A stretch of 64,000 nucleotides of DNA from a plasmid: sequence record NZ_CP084013.1. One strand, given 5' to 3'. The notes under the pieces are model-generated. The model ran no database searches, had not been told where the DNA came from, and saw nothing but the letters and a program-made list of their open reading frames with translations. Of this stretch, positions 29,794 to 39,330 are shown one piece after another; within the stretch, counting starts at the first letter, position 1, and each line of letters starts with the position of its first letter. Position numbers and translations under genes: made by a program.

Positions 29794-30969
29794 TCAGAAC
29801 ATGTCGGGATAATCCTCATCGTCCACGTCATCATCTTCAACCTCGACAGGAGCCGGCTTACGACGGCCCCACGAAGAGGTCTTCTTCGGACGATGGCGCG
29901 GAGCTTCCTCCTCGTCCTCGTCCTCGTCCACGTCATCATCTTCAACCTCGACAGGCTTCGGACGACGACGGGAAACGGCAGCCTTGCGACGTGGCTTGAC
30001 CGCGATTTCACCGGTATCCTCGTCCACCTCATCATCGGAATCAGCCTCATCGAAGTCAGTATCCGCAAGAAGGGCCGCCTCATCATCGGCCTTGGAAGGC
30101 TTTGCGTTCACATGCTTGTCTCGCCAAGCGATAAGAGCCTCGATATCCTCATCGGTGAAGTCCTCATCGTATTCGAAGCTTCCATCTCGCACGCCTCCGC
30201 CAACAATCGTGAGATTATCCAAACGATAGCTGACACCGCTACCGGTCTGAGTCTTCCACGCACGTGCCGTAACCGAAGCCTGCACGTTCTGACCGGGATA
30301 CACCAGCTTATCCCATAAGACCTTGACTTCCTTGGCCTTGGCATCACGCTCCTGAGCCTCCTCAAGATTGCGCGTCGCCTCCAGAACGAGCGTCTTCGCC
30401 TCCTCCCGAGCGTCTTCATCAGCCGTAGCGTAAGCGGCTCGGGCATCATTAAGATTGGCTTGAGCGGCCTGAATGTCCTCCTTTGTCCCGAGAATCGGTT
30501 CGGGGAGCTCACGCAGGATTCCTTCATCGTCGATGTAGCGGATTCCGGGACGACCAGCCTTGGAGCTACGACTGAAGTTCACATAAAAATGGTTGGCTCG
30601 ATTCGGATATTTATCGGTCATGAGGACGGTTTTATCACCGTCAAGGATTTCATCCTCGTCGGCATCCTTGAGACCGTCATTGGAAACGATACGATCCTTC
30701 TTGCCCCATTTCTTCAAGGCGATGGCGTTGGCTTCCGCATTCTTGCTCAGCTTCTGAAGGATTCGGACGGTTCGCATGTGATCGGGGTCATCCTTGTCGA
30801 GAAGCACAGGGAACCCGTATGCAGGCGTGCTTTCGTTTTTCTTCTTATCGTCCTTCTTGGCGGACTTGTCATCGTCCTTGTTTCCCTTGAATGCGACCGC
30901 CTCGTAGAGCTTGGGCCATCCCATCTGGATGACTCCGGTTTTCGCGTGAGTTAGCAGTTCTGTTGCCAT
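29794..30969 (-). CDS. hypothetical protein with SSB-like acidic C-terminal tail (ends DDEDYPDMF)
   Basis: a 30-nt direct repeat within the gene encodes the duplicated PVEVEDDDVD unit; start taken at MATELL. Confidence 0.45.
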   Translation of the reverse strand: MATELLTHAKTGVIQMGWPKLYEAVAFKGNKDDDKSAKKDDKKKNESTPAYGFPVLLDKDDPDHMRTVRILQKLSKNAEANAIALKKWGKKDRIVSNDGLKDADEDEILDGDKTVLMTDKYPNRANHFYVNFSRSSKAGRPGIRYIDDEGILRELPEPILGTKEDIQAAQANLNDARAAYATADEDAREEAKTLVLEATRNLEEAQERDAKAKEVKVLWDKLVYPGQNVQASVTARAWKTQTGSGVSYRLDNLTIVGGGVRDGSFEYDEDFTDEDIEALIAWRDKHVNAKPSKADDEAALLADTDFDEADSDDEVDEDTGEIAVKPRRKAAVSRRRPKPVEVEDDDVDEDEDEEEAPRHRPKKTSSWGRRKPAPVEVEDDDVDDEDYPDMF

Positions 30970-31047
30970 GATGGTTCCTCCTTGACGATTTGACGATCGC
31001 TCCACAGTGCATTGAGGATGGGAGTTTTCGTCTTCTCTTCTTTTTTC

Positions 31048-31073
31048 TATGTGGACATATTCAAATATACGCA
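31048..31073 (-). promoter_or_regulatory. motif-1 copy (minus-strand orientation)
   Basis: reverse complement tgcgtatatttgaatatgtccacata drives 29794..30969; lies in the divergent region shared with the XRE gene. Confidence 0.5.
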
Positions 31074-31241
31074 GTTATCTGAACATGTATATTATTCGGC
31101 GTGTTGCCTTTATTTCCAAGGCGTTTCTCCTTGTTAGAGAATGCTGAAAAACGCAGTTTTCTGCATGTTGTACAATGGGAGCGTGAACACAACCAGAAGA
31201 CTGGACGACACCAGTCCGACCACTGCATCCAGGAGAGGCGA

Positions 31242-31889
31242 ATGAACCAGCTATCAATCAGACGCCTGCGCCAGCTAGCAGGAAAAACCAAAAACGAGAT
31301 AGCCGACCTGCTGGGCATGAGCGTCAACACGTACAGCAAGTACGAGGACAACCCCATGAGCCTGTCCTACGCCGCATACCATCAGCTCATCGAATATCTC
31401 GAAACAGCAATCCAAATCAGGAAAAAACTGGAAAAGGAGCAACCTATGAACACCCCCATCAAAGCGAAAGTCCGATTCGTCGCACCCGACGAAGACGACG
31501 AGGACCGTCTCAGCGACTACACAGTGCCGATCCCCGAAGGACTGACCGAGGAATTCCACCCCTCGCAACCCGTCACACCGAAGCAGCTCCTCGACTGGGA
31601 AACCAAGAACAAGGAACCATACCCGGGTTATTCGGAGGAATTCTTCAACTGGGAGAACGCTTGGGAAGAGGTCAACCGCGCCCAGCAGAAAGCCGATGGC
31701 GGATATCTCCACCTCTCCGACCCGGTGCCCGTCAGCCCGGAGTTCGACGAGACGACCGGAGAACCCATCACCTACGACGAGCCTCACGTCGTCGTGGATC
31801 CGGAAAGCGGCAACACCAGCGTGTACGTCGACGAGGCTGACATGTCAGCCCAGGAAATCGCCGAATCCGATCCAGTGAACAACAAGTAG
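31242..31889 (+). CDS. XRE-family HTH transcriptional regulator
   Basis: HTH LRQLAGKTKNEIADLLGMSVNTYSKYE; aggagaggcg RBS. Confidence 0.6.
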   Translation: MNQLSIRRLRQLAGKTKNEIADLLGMSVNTYSKYEDNPMSLSYAAYHQLIEYLETAIQIRKKLEKEQPMNTPIKAKVRFVAPDEDDEDRLSDYTVPIPEGLTEEFHPSQPVTPKQLLDWETKNKEPYPGYSEEFFNWENAWEEVNRAQQKADGGYLHLSDPVPVSPEFDETTGEPITYDEPHVVVDPESGNTSVYVDEADMSAQEIAESDPVNNK

Positions 31890-31964
31890 CCTCCCCACAT
31901 ACCGTTCCGGCATGCTCCGTCCATAGGCATGCCCGGAACTTGAATCCAAGAAGGAAAGACACCA

Positions 31965-32894
31965 ATGGCCTACGCGAAAATCATCGACATCGACGACCCC
32001 GGCTACTTCCGGTTGAAATCAATCGACCAAAGCCAATTGAAACAATTCCTGAAAAACCCGGCCGACTGGGCATATCACCGTCTCAACGACGACCACAAGC
32101 CCACCGACGCCATGAAGTTCGGTACGGCGTTCCACGCTTACCTGCTCGGCACCAGCGACGTTGTCAGCCTGCCTGAGGGAGAGAGCTTCAGGAGCAAAGA
32201 CAACCAGAAGTGGCGAGCAGACCAGCTGGAAGCAGGAAACATCATCGTCTCCTACAATGACATGCAACTGCTCAAACGCATGAAAGAAGGCATCGAACAG
32301 ACCAGTCTCATGCCCGAATACCCCGATTACATGGAAATCATCGAACAGGGAACCAAGGAACAGTGCATCGAATGGAAGGACCGTCAAACCGGTCTGATGC
32401 TCAAGGCGAAGCCTGATCTGATTCCTGCCGGCACCGATTACCTGGTCGATTTGAAAACCGCCCAGAAGGCCGACGCGGAATCATTCGCCAAGGAAGTCAT
32501 CAACTACGGTTATCACATTCAGACCGTTTTCTACCGTGCCGCGGTAGCCGCATGCAAGCCGGACGCCTTCGACCGTGGATCCAAGGCTCCCAGCACCATG
32601 CAATTCTGGGTGTTCGAGAAATCCGATGCCTGCGACTGGCAGCCTTTCAGCATCAGCGATGACAATCCGATCACGAATCTTGCCGCGACCAGCATCCGCC
32701 AAGCACTCTTGGGCATCGCCTTGATGGTCAAGAAAGCCAAGGAGGAAGGCTACGCAGAGAACACTCCAGACCCCGTGGACGCCGCCGCGAAGTATGCGCT
32801 CCGACATGGTTTCAACAAGAAGGTCAAGGAGGTTTCGTTCCAGAACTGGCAGCTGCTGACTGCGGAAAACATGCTCTGCGATCTCGCCAGCTGA
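31965..32894 (+). CDS. PD-(D/E)XK (RecB/Cas4-like) nuclease
   Basis: motifs GTAFHAYLL, D...DYLVDLKT and QxxxY (YHIQTVFY). Confidence 0.6.
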   Translation: MAYAKIIDIDDPGYFRLKSIDQSQLKQFLKNPADWAYHRLNDDHKPTDAMKFGTAFHAYLLGTSDVVSLPEGESFRSKDNQKWRADQLEAGNIIVSYNDMQLLKRMKEGIEQTSLMPEYPDYMEIIEQGTKEQCIEWKDRQTGLMLKAKPDLIPAGTDYLVDLKTAQKADAESFAKEVINYGYHIQTVFYRAAVAACKPDAFDRGSKAPSTMQFWVFEKSDACDWQPFSISDDNPITNLAATSIRQALLGIALMVKKAKEEGYAENTPDPVDAAAKYALRHGFNKKVKEVSFQNWQLLTAENMLCDLAS

Positions 32895-32962
32895 TTGCCT
32901 GAGGGTTGACGGAGAGGACCATCCAGCACGATGATCCTCTCTTCTTTTTTTTATCGTTTGCT

Positions 32963-32986
32963 CGTTATACTGAATATGTCCACATA
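32963..32986 (+). promoter_or_regulatory. motif-1 copy
   Basis: cgttatactgaatatgtccacata upstream of 33013..34059. Confidence 0.55.
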
Positions 32987-33012
32987 CAGTAAAGACGACA
33001 GAACCAACGCCA

Positions 33013-34059
33013 ATGCCATCAGCACCTCGAACACGCCGGACAACATCCAGCAATCCAAGAAAACCAGCCAACTACAAACGCAGAGGCTACGCCCACGAGT
33101 TCACCATCCCAATCGAATGGTGGAGTACGACCGACACCATACAGACGGAACGCATGCGAGCCAGACGAAGGGCATGGGTGAGGGACTACGCGAAAAACGA
33201 ATGGCGCAACCTCAAGAAAACAGGAAAAGCCTGGAAAGTGGAACGGTTCATCGCCCTTATAGGCGTAGCCTGTCCAAGCCAGAAAAACATTTTCCCGGCG
33301 AGAGCGGCCGAAACCATCAAACCCATCATCGACGGTGGCAGTGATGCCCGACTCTGGGACGACGATGACAGCCAGCACCGGCACAGCACCGTATACATCC
33401 AACTGCCAACACCGGCACCAGTCAACCATTACAGGCTGAGCGTGCTCATCATCCCGGTGCCGGAATCAATGCCGAAATACCAGATCACCTCACGTCTCGC
33501 ATCGAACATCGACCAGCATTGGCGAAATAATCCCAATCCGCCGGCATGGCACGACGGGTACTCGGTGTCATTCACGATTCCCGACAAACAGTGGATAACC
33601 AGCAACTATACGGATAGTGACCTCATCGCCAGACAGAACGGCGAACGGAAATCAGCCACATGGGGGAGGGGAGGCAGCTTCGGCATTCGGGAACGAGTAC
33701 GCGCACAACTCATCGAACTGGCCTTCCAACAGTGGAAAAGACAAGCCTACCGTCCGTATGAAAGATTCGCCATCATCGCCGGAATCGCATACCCGTACGG
33801 GGTGAAAACCGCCGACCCTGACAATGCGGCGGAAACGGTGAACACCATACTGCATTCGGGAACCCGCATCGGAGCCTGGCCGGATGTGAACAGCCAGCAT
33901 TGCAGGGGAGTGGCTTTCGTACGTCTGCCGAATCTCATGACGGGAAACCATATGGTCAGACTTTTTGTTTTCCCGGTGCCCGAGAATTTTCAGATGGCGC
34001 AGAGCATAGCCGAAAGCTCCATCGACGCTTGGGGCGAACATGATCGGAGGATGCGTTGA
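33013..34059 (+). CDS. tandem-duplicated RusA-like Holliday-junction resolvase (single-chain pseudo-dimer)
   Basis: two homologous halves; the second keeps DPDN...WPDVNSQ, matching RusA D-x-D-N...W-L-D-D; the first half is degenerate. Confidence 0.5.
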   Translation: MPSAPRTRRTTSSNPRKPANYKRRGYAHEFTIPIEWWSTTDTIQTERMRARRRAWVRDYAKNEWRNLKKTGKAWKVERFIALIGVACPSQKNIFPARAAETIKPIIDGGSDARLWDDDDSQHRHSTVYIQLPTPAPVNHYRLSVLIIPVPESMPKYQITSRLASNIDQHWRNNPNPPAWHDGYSVSFTIPDKQWITSNYTDSDLIARQNGERKSATWGRGGSFGIRERVRAQLIELAFQQWKRQAYRPYERFAIIAGIAYPYGVKTADPDNAAETVNTILHSGTRIGAWPDVNSQHCRGVAFVRLPNLMTGNHMVRLFVFPVPENFQMAQSIAESSIDAWGEHDRRMR

Positions 34060-34403
34060 ACCTGAGACAAGTGCTAGTCCAGACCGTGATAGGACTCATC
34101 GCTATCCTCATAGCCGTCCTATATGCGATGTTCATCGTCCCGCAGGACTGGTTCATCGACTCCAGGGAATCAGTCGTCACCATATCGGTCATAATCTGCG
34201 CGACCGGATACATCATCACGGTCTGGGCCCGTTATATCCGTCATCTCACACGCCGGAGAATCGATCAACGAATCATCCGCGACGCCGAATCCGAGATGAA
34301 AAAAGGTCTTTGGCAAAAACCGAAAATTCTTCGAAATGAACCGACCGCAACCATACGATTGGACAGGAAGCACATCCGACAATCTCAGAGAAAGAGCCGA
34401 TAA
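34056..34403 (+). CDS. small membrane protein
   Basis: two hydrophobic helices; start overlaps upstream stop. Confidence 0.4.
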   Translation: MNLRQVLVQTVIGLIAILIAVLYAMFIVPQDWFIDSRESVVTISVIICATGYIITVWARYIRHLTRRRIDQRIIRDAESEMKKGLWQKPKILRNEPTATIRLDRKHIRQSQRKSR

Positions 34404-35935
34404 TGGTATGGACTCCAGCAACACAGCCGCGTGACCCCCTTGGCAGATTCCGTAAAACCAATCTCGTCCCCGGCGAATACACGTACACCACGCGCAGCGG
34501 CATCGTCAAGAAATACTATGTCAACGATATGAACCAGCTGGCAGACGGGTCCACCATCCTGCACATGAGCGCCCAAGGCAAGGTGTTCGGCAGTTTCAAG
34601 ACCCAGAACCCCATCGAACGCATCCACATCATCGGCAACAGCGATATGGAACAGATGGCCGTCGCGGCGTCCGGGGAAACCACATTCGGCGTGATCAACC
34701 ACAGCAAGGCCGCCCCACCGGACGTGTTCAGCCTCAACCGCGGACACGATTTCCAACCGGTCGGCTCCAACCTGCCGGACGGGGAAACATCCTTTGGGGG
34801 AAGAGCGGCTCAAATCACCGGCCGTCCGGACGGGAAAACCTATGACACGTTGAACGCCCAGAAAGCCGAACAAGCCAACCTCGCGGCGTTCGCAGACCCA
34901 AGCAACCGCGTCTATTCCGCTGACCCCGGCGACTTCGCCGAAGCTGCGGTCCAGGCACGTCATTACTACGAGAAGGAGTTCGGGCTCAGCGAATCCCAAG
35001 CCCGGGAAATGCCGGTCTACGTGTATGCGGACAAGAACGGCAACGTCACCGTGAAACCCGCATACAAGCCTGAAAGCGTTCCCATGAGCGAACTGGGAAT
35101 GCAGCCAGGCGACCCGGTGCCGGAAGGCTTCCATGTGAACGGGGACAATCTCGTCGCCATGGTGCCCCAGCGGAGCCCCAACACGCATGGAGGCAGCGGC
35201 AGCGTCCGTCTCCGTGGCCGTGACCTCACTCGCATGACCAGGGCCATGCAGAAGGATGGTCTCAAGAGCGTCGACTTCACCGTGAGCGGAGGCACCAAGG
35301 TCTCGGCAAAAAGCGGCAAACCGTTGCAGAACGCCTTGCATTTCCGCACCGACTACATGAACCCCCACAGCGGAGACGACATCACCGTATGGGGTTCCAT
35401 CGAAGCGAAACAGTACGGGACGCAGCCGGTCAAGGCACGCAGGGAGTTCACCACCAACGAGGAATTCCAAGACTATACGCGCAAGGTGCAAGCAGTCCGC
35501 GAACGGGCGGCCGCACCATACGTGGATCCGCAATCCCCACAGGCAGCCGCGAAACTGCTGCGAGCCAAGTATGGAACGAATCGGTTCTACAGCAGCGACA
35601 TCCAGATGCGCGACGGCAAAGAGGGAGTGGCCTTTGCCGTCAATACTCCCGGCGGACACGCCCGCATGCTGTCCAACGGGAACGGTGTCTGCATCGGCAA
35701 GGAGCCGGCCGACGCGGAGGGCTTCGCATCCATGTTCAATAACGGCAAGAGTCCGGCCAATCGTATCACCGCCGACAACGTGAAGGTCTTGTCGGATGGT
35801 AATTTCCGCGTCCGGAAAAACGGTCAGGAAACGTTCTACACGCCATCCCTGTCCACTACCCGCGGGACTCGTAGCCGCAACGGAAAACTTTACGGCTACA
35901 ACGAGGCCGGAGATTTCGTCAACTTACCGCGATGA
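34403..35935 (+). CDS. hypothetical protein (510 aa)
   Basis: long ORF with good coding bias; an IS1341-like element is inserted directly after its stop. Confidence 0.45.
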   Translation: MVWTPATQPRDPLGRFRKTNLVPGEYTYTTRSGIVKKYYVNDMNQLADGSTILHMSAQGKVFGSFKTQNPIERIHIIGNSDMEQMAVAASGETTFGVINHSKAAPPDVFSLNRGHDFQPVGSNLPDGETSFGGRAAQITGRPDGKTYDTLNAQKAEQANLAAFADPSNRVYSADPGDFAEAAVQARHYYEKEFGLSESQAREMPVYVYADKNGNVTVKPAYKPESVPMSELGMQPGDPVPEGFHVNGDNLVAMVPQRSPNTHGGSGSVRLRGRDLTRMTRAMQKDGLKSVDFTVSGGTKVSAKSGKPLQNALHFRTDYMNPHSGDDITVWGSIEAKQYGTQPVKARREFTTNEEFQDYTRKVQAVRERAAAPYVDPQSPQAAAKLLRAKYGTNRFYSSDIQMRDGKEGVAFAVNTPGGHARMLSNGNGVCIGKEPADAEGFASMFNNGKSPANRITADNVKVLSDGNFRVRKNGQETFYTPSLSTTRGTRSRNGKLYGYNEAGDFVNLPR

Positions 35936-36041
35936 CGAGCATCGCGGCTTGTCCCTGTCCAGCGGTAAAAGCGAGACATTCGTGATGATTGTCTCTCCCG
36001 CCTTTGATTCCGTTTCCCCGAGGGGTTGCGGTGACGGAACA

Positions 36042-37268
36042 TCATGGGATGGTTGGCTGCACCCCTGCGACGTCAAGCGTGTTGGCGTCGCACTGCATCA
36101 CGGTAAGGTCGTAGCCTTTGTGACGCAGGTTCATCGCGGCTATCCGGTCGTCGTTCGACCGGTAGCCGCAGTTGCGGCAGCGGAACGTGTGCGTTTCCTT
36201 GTTGCGGTTCTTGCGGGACACGTATCCGCATCGGGGGCATGTCTGGCTCGTGTACGCTGGGTCCACTGCTATCGTGGCCTGCCCGTTGCGGGCGGCCTTG
36301 TATTCGATGAACGAGCGGAGTTGGCTGAACGCCCACGAGACTTGCACGTAACGTTGTTGGACTTTCACGGTTTCCGCCGTATTGCGGATGCCTGTGAGGT
36401 CTTCGAGCGTGAAGAGCGTGTCCTTGCCGTACTGGTTGACGAGTGCCTTAGAGACCTGATGGTTGATGTCGGTCATCCAACGGTTTTCTCGACTGCCTAT
36501 GGCTTTGAGACGTTTTCTCGCGCTGCGCGTGCCCCTGTGTTGCAACTGTTTGCGGAGTTCCTTGTATTTGCCGCGCCGGTGTTTCACCTCCTTCCCATCG
36601 TAGAAAACGGTGCGCTCCCCGTCGTAGGAGGTAGCAAGGAACCGGATACCCAGGTCGATGCCGACGATGGTCTTCGGATGTTCCGTGGCATCCGGCGTTG
36701 GGATGGTGACGGGGATGAGCAGATGCCATTTGTCCCGCTTGCGGATGAGGCGTGCGGTTCCGAACCTCCCATGCCGGTATTGGTCGGGAATGCTGGCCCA
36801 TTCGGCTTTCACTTTGATGCGCCCATCCATGACGGGGAGGCTGAACAGGCCTGTCTTGGTGGAGTACGAGTAGTCCCTGTTCCACAACAGGTCGGCACCG
36901 TCCGGCGCATACTGGGGTTTGATACTGTAATATGCTGGGATTTTCCTCCTCTTGCGCCTCTTCCCGTTCTTCTTACCTTTGCTCTCCTCGCGGAGGTTAG
37001 CGATTCGCGTGTGGATGGCCTTGTAGTTGGCGATGACCCGGCGTATCGCCGATTGGGTCATCTGCGCGAGCAGCCCATGGGTTTCGCGCAACTGGTGGTA
37101 GATGGCCTTGTTGATTTTCTTCTGGCTGAGCGTGTGCGTGGAGTCCACGTAGTCAGCCACGTCGTTGCAGCAGTCGGCGAACGTCGAACACAACGCTGCG
37201 AGAGCGTCCGCTTGCCGCCGTGTGGGCGATAGACGGACGCACATCGTCAACGTCAACTCAGCCATCAA
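36042..37268 (-). CDS. tnpB: solo TnpB (IS1341-like, IS605 OrfB family)
   Basis: 408 aa; zinc finger CPRCGY...CRNCGY; no adjacent tnpA. Confidence 0.8.
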   Translation of the reverse strand: MMAELTLTMCVRLSPTRRQADALAALCSTFADCCNDVADYVDSTHTLSQKKINKAIYHQLRETHGLLAQMTQSAIRRVIANYKAIHTRIANLREESKGKKNGKRRKRRKIPAYYSIKPQYAPDGADLLWNRDYSYSTKTGLFSLPVMDGRIKVKAEWASIPDQYRHGRFGTARLIRKRDKWHLLIPVTIPTPDATEHPKTIVGIDLGIRFLATSYDGERTVFYDGKEVKHRRGKYKELRKQLQHRGTRSARKRLKAIGSRENRWMTDINHQVSKALVNQYGKDTLFTLEDLTGIRNTAETVKVQQRYVQVSWAFSQLRSFIEYKAARNGQATIAVDPAYTSQTCPRCGYVSRKNRNKETHTFRCRNCGYRSNDDRIAAMNLRHKGYDLTVMQCDANTLDVAGVQPTIP

Positions 37269-37383
37269 ACCTCCAATAAGACAAATAATATCATAAACTT
37301 AGTGGAAAGAAAAGTGGCGTTCACCCGCGACGACAAGCATCGCGGTACCCCGCCATAAACACTCATGGAATTGCCGAATCGCT

Positions 37384-37417
37384 GACTCTAGGAAAATGCC
37401 GGGTGGTTTTTACTTCC
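37384..37417. terminator. bidirectional hairpin terminator
   Basis: aaaatgccgggtggtttttacttcccggcatttt. Confidence 0.5.
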
Positions 37418-37429
37418 CGGCATTTTACC

Positions 37430-37453
37430 TGTTATACTGAATCTGTCCACATA
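37430..37453 (+). promoter_or_regulatory. motif-1 copy
   Basis: tgttatactgaatctgtccacata upstream of the DivIVA-like gene. Confidence 0.55.
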
Positions 37454-37486
37454 GAAAAAAGTGAAGTCAGGAGACCCAAATCCACC

Positions 37487-38311
37487 ATGCCCATCATCGA
37501 ATTCGACACGAAGATGCGAGGCTACGATCCCCAACAAGTCAATGACGCCGTAACCAATTTCCAGGACACCATCAACAAGTATGCGCAAGCAAACACTGAT
37601 CTGAAGAGAACCCTGGATACGGTCAACAACCAGTTCACCCAGGCAAACCAAGACATCGATCAGCTGCAAGCCGAAAACAAGAAGCTCTCCGAACGGATCG
37701 AAGAACTCGAAAAGCAGAACGACGATCTGGAAGCAAAACTCAAGAACAAGTACACGAGCGTGGGCGACGATGTGAGGAAACTCCTCGAAGACACCCAGAC
37801 CGTTTATCATGCTGCGGAAAAGAACGCAGCCGACATCAAGAACAAGGCGCTGCAGGAAGCTGAAAACATTCGCAAGCAGAGCCAGTCCGCCGCGGAGAAA
37901 GCGATAGTGGACGCGCGGCAGGTCGCCGAAAAGAACGTGAAGGAATCCCAAGCGAAGTCGAAGCAGATCATCGAATCCGCGCAGCAGTCCGCCGCACAGT
38001 TGCGTAAGGAAGCCGACTCGTATGCCACTGGACGGCAAAACATCGCGGAGCAGGCCGATGCAAGGGTTCGTGCGATTCTCGGCCGTCTTGAGGAGGCAAG
38101 CAAAGTGCTTGACAACGCCTACCAGTCCGGACGCAAGCCTAACGCCACTACAGTCCAGTCAGCTCCGAAGGATGCGCCAACACCGGTCATCGCCGGCCAG
38201 GCCACTAATCCGAACGAGGCGGATCTTGAAGACGATAGGACCATCGCCTTCGCTCAAATCCATGCGAAGAACACCGCATCCGCACCCGCGACCCCTGTTG
38301 ACGCCCAATAA
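37487..38311 (+). CDS. DivIVA-domain coiled-coil protein
   Basis: N-terminal DivIVA signature FDTKMRGYDPQQVNDAV followed by a long coiled coil. Confidence 0.65.
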   Translation: MPIIEFDTKMRGYDPQQVNDAVTNFQDTINKYAQANTDLKRTLDTVNNQFTQANQDIDQLQAENKKLSERIEELEKQNDDLEAKLKNKYTSVGDDVRKLLEDTQTVYHAAEKNAADIKNKALQEAENIRKQSQSAAEKAIVDARQVAEKNVKESQAKSKQIIESAQQSAAQLRKEADSYATGRQNIAEQADARVRAILGRLEEASKVLDNAYQSGRKPNATTVQSAPKDAPTPVIAGQATNPNEADLEDDRTIAFAQIHAKNTASAPATPVDAQ

Positions 38312-38326
38312 GACCATTCCCGGAAC

Positions 38327-38569
38327 GTGAGAATCTTGATCCTCCAATACGTAATGGTTATGACCGGAGGATATGCCAGTTCATGGCTTATCCTCCATGT
38401 CGGCATGCTGTTCGGGCAAGGCGCGAAGAACGCCGCTTCTCTGGACCGAATCAAGGAAGCCCGCTGTTGGAACATCGCATATTATCTGTGCGTCATCCTG
38501 ACGTTCCTGTGCGTCATTGCCGGATCATTGGGTCTCATGCTCCTGTTCAAGAAGCTGATCATTGACTGA
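38327..38569 (+). CDS. small membrane protein
   Basis: two hydrophobic helices. Confidence 0.3.
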   Translation: MRILILQYVMVMTGGYASSWLILHVGMLFGQGAKNAASLDRIKEARCWNIAYYLCVILTFLCVIAGSLGLMLLFKKLIID

Positions 38570-38783
38570 AAAAACATCCCTCAAGCAGTCCCGTAATCCT
38601 TTCCTGACCATCGGACGCTATGTCCGGCAGGTAATCGATGAAACCCGTAAGACGGTGACTCCAACCGCCCGCGAATGGATGGCCTGGAGTATTGCCGCAT
38701 TCGTGTTCGTCATCCTGCTCATGATATTGGTCACGGGCATGGATTTCGGGCTCGGCAAACTCACTCTCATGGTGTTCGGGTGA
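38562..38783 (+). CDS. secE: SecE-like preprotein translocase subunit paralog
   Basis: 73 aa; FLTIGRYVRQVIDETRKTVTPTAREWMAWSIAAFVFVILLMILVTGMDFGLGKLTLMVFG matches the SecE C-terminal TM pattern. Confidence 0.65.
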   Translation: MTEKTSLKQSRNPFLTIGRYVRQVIDETRKTVTPTAREWMAWSIAAFVFVILLMILVTGMDFGLGKLTLMVFG

Positions 38784-38964
38784 CGGTCACACATCCCGTG
38801 ACCCTTGCCATGCTGCTATGGATGGGTATCGCCCTGCTCACGTTTCTTCTCATGAGCGTATGGACGGATAATCCACAGCATCGCAGCACCTATCGCCATT
38901 GGGCTGTCGCATACCTGACAGCCCTGATCATCTTCATCGCCATCTTCTATTCCGAAGGAACCCT

Positions 38965-39207
38965 ATGGCCGTTCTCATCATCGTTTTGAAAACCATCGTC
39001 GCCGTCCTGAGCGTCCTGCTATCCCTGCTGATTCTTCTGCACAAAGGCAAGGGCGGGGGATTGTCCGACATGTTCGGCGGCGGCTTGACCGCAAACGCAG
39101 GCACATCCGGGGTCGCGGAGAAGAACCTCAACCGTTGGACGGTCGGCATCGCGATCCTATGGGTTTTGCTGATCGTCTCGATCAGCCTCATCGCAAAAAC
39201 CATCTGA
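38965..39207 (+). CDS. secG: SecG-like preprotein translocase subunit paralog
   Basis: LLILLHKGKGGGLSDMFGGG...AEKNLNRWTVGIAILWVLLIV is the SecG signature. Confidence 0.65.
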   Translation: MAVLIIVLKTIVAVLSVLLSLLILLHKGKGGGLSDMFGGGLTANAGTSGVAEKNLNRWTVGIAILWVLLIVSISLIAKTI

Positions 39208-39330
39208 CGAAACAGGAGACCTCATGCTAATTGCCATCATCTGCCTATTTACGGGCTTCACCCTTGGCTTCTTCACCGCAGCCCTATGCCAAGCAGCATC
39301 ACACTCAGATTCTGACAGAAAGGACAACCA

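Noticed and set aside
34385-35659. 424-aa minus-strand ORF
   Set aside because: Antisense shadow ORF inside the 34403..35935 gene, typical of high-GC DNA. The same applies to 23570..24763(-), 9939..11048(-), 28338..29504(-), 62705..63788(-) and others.
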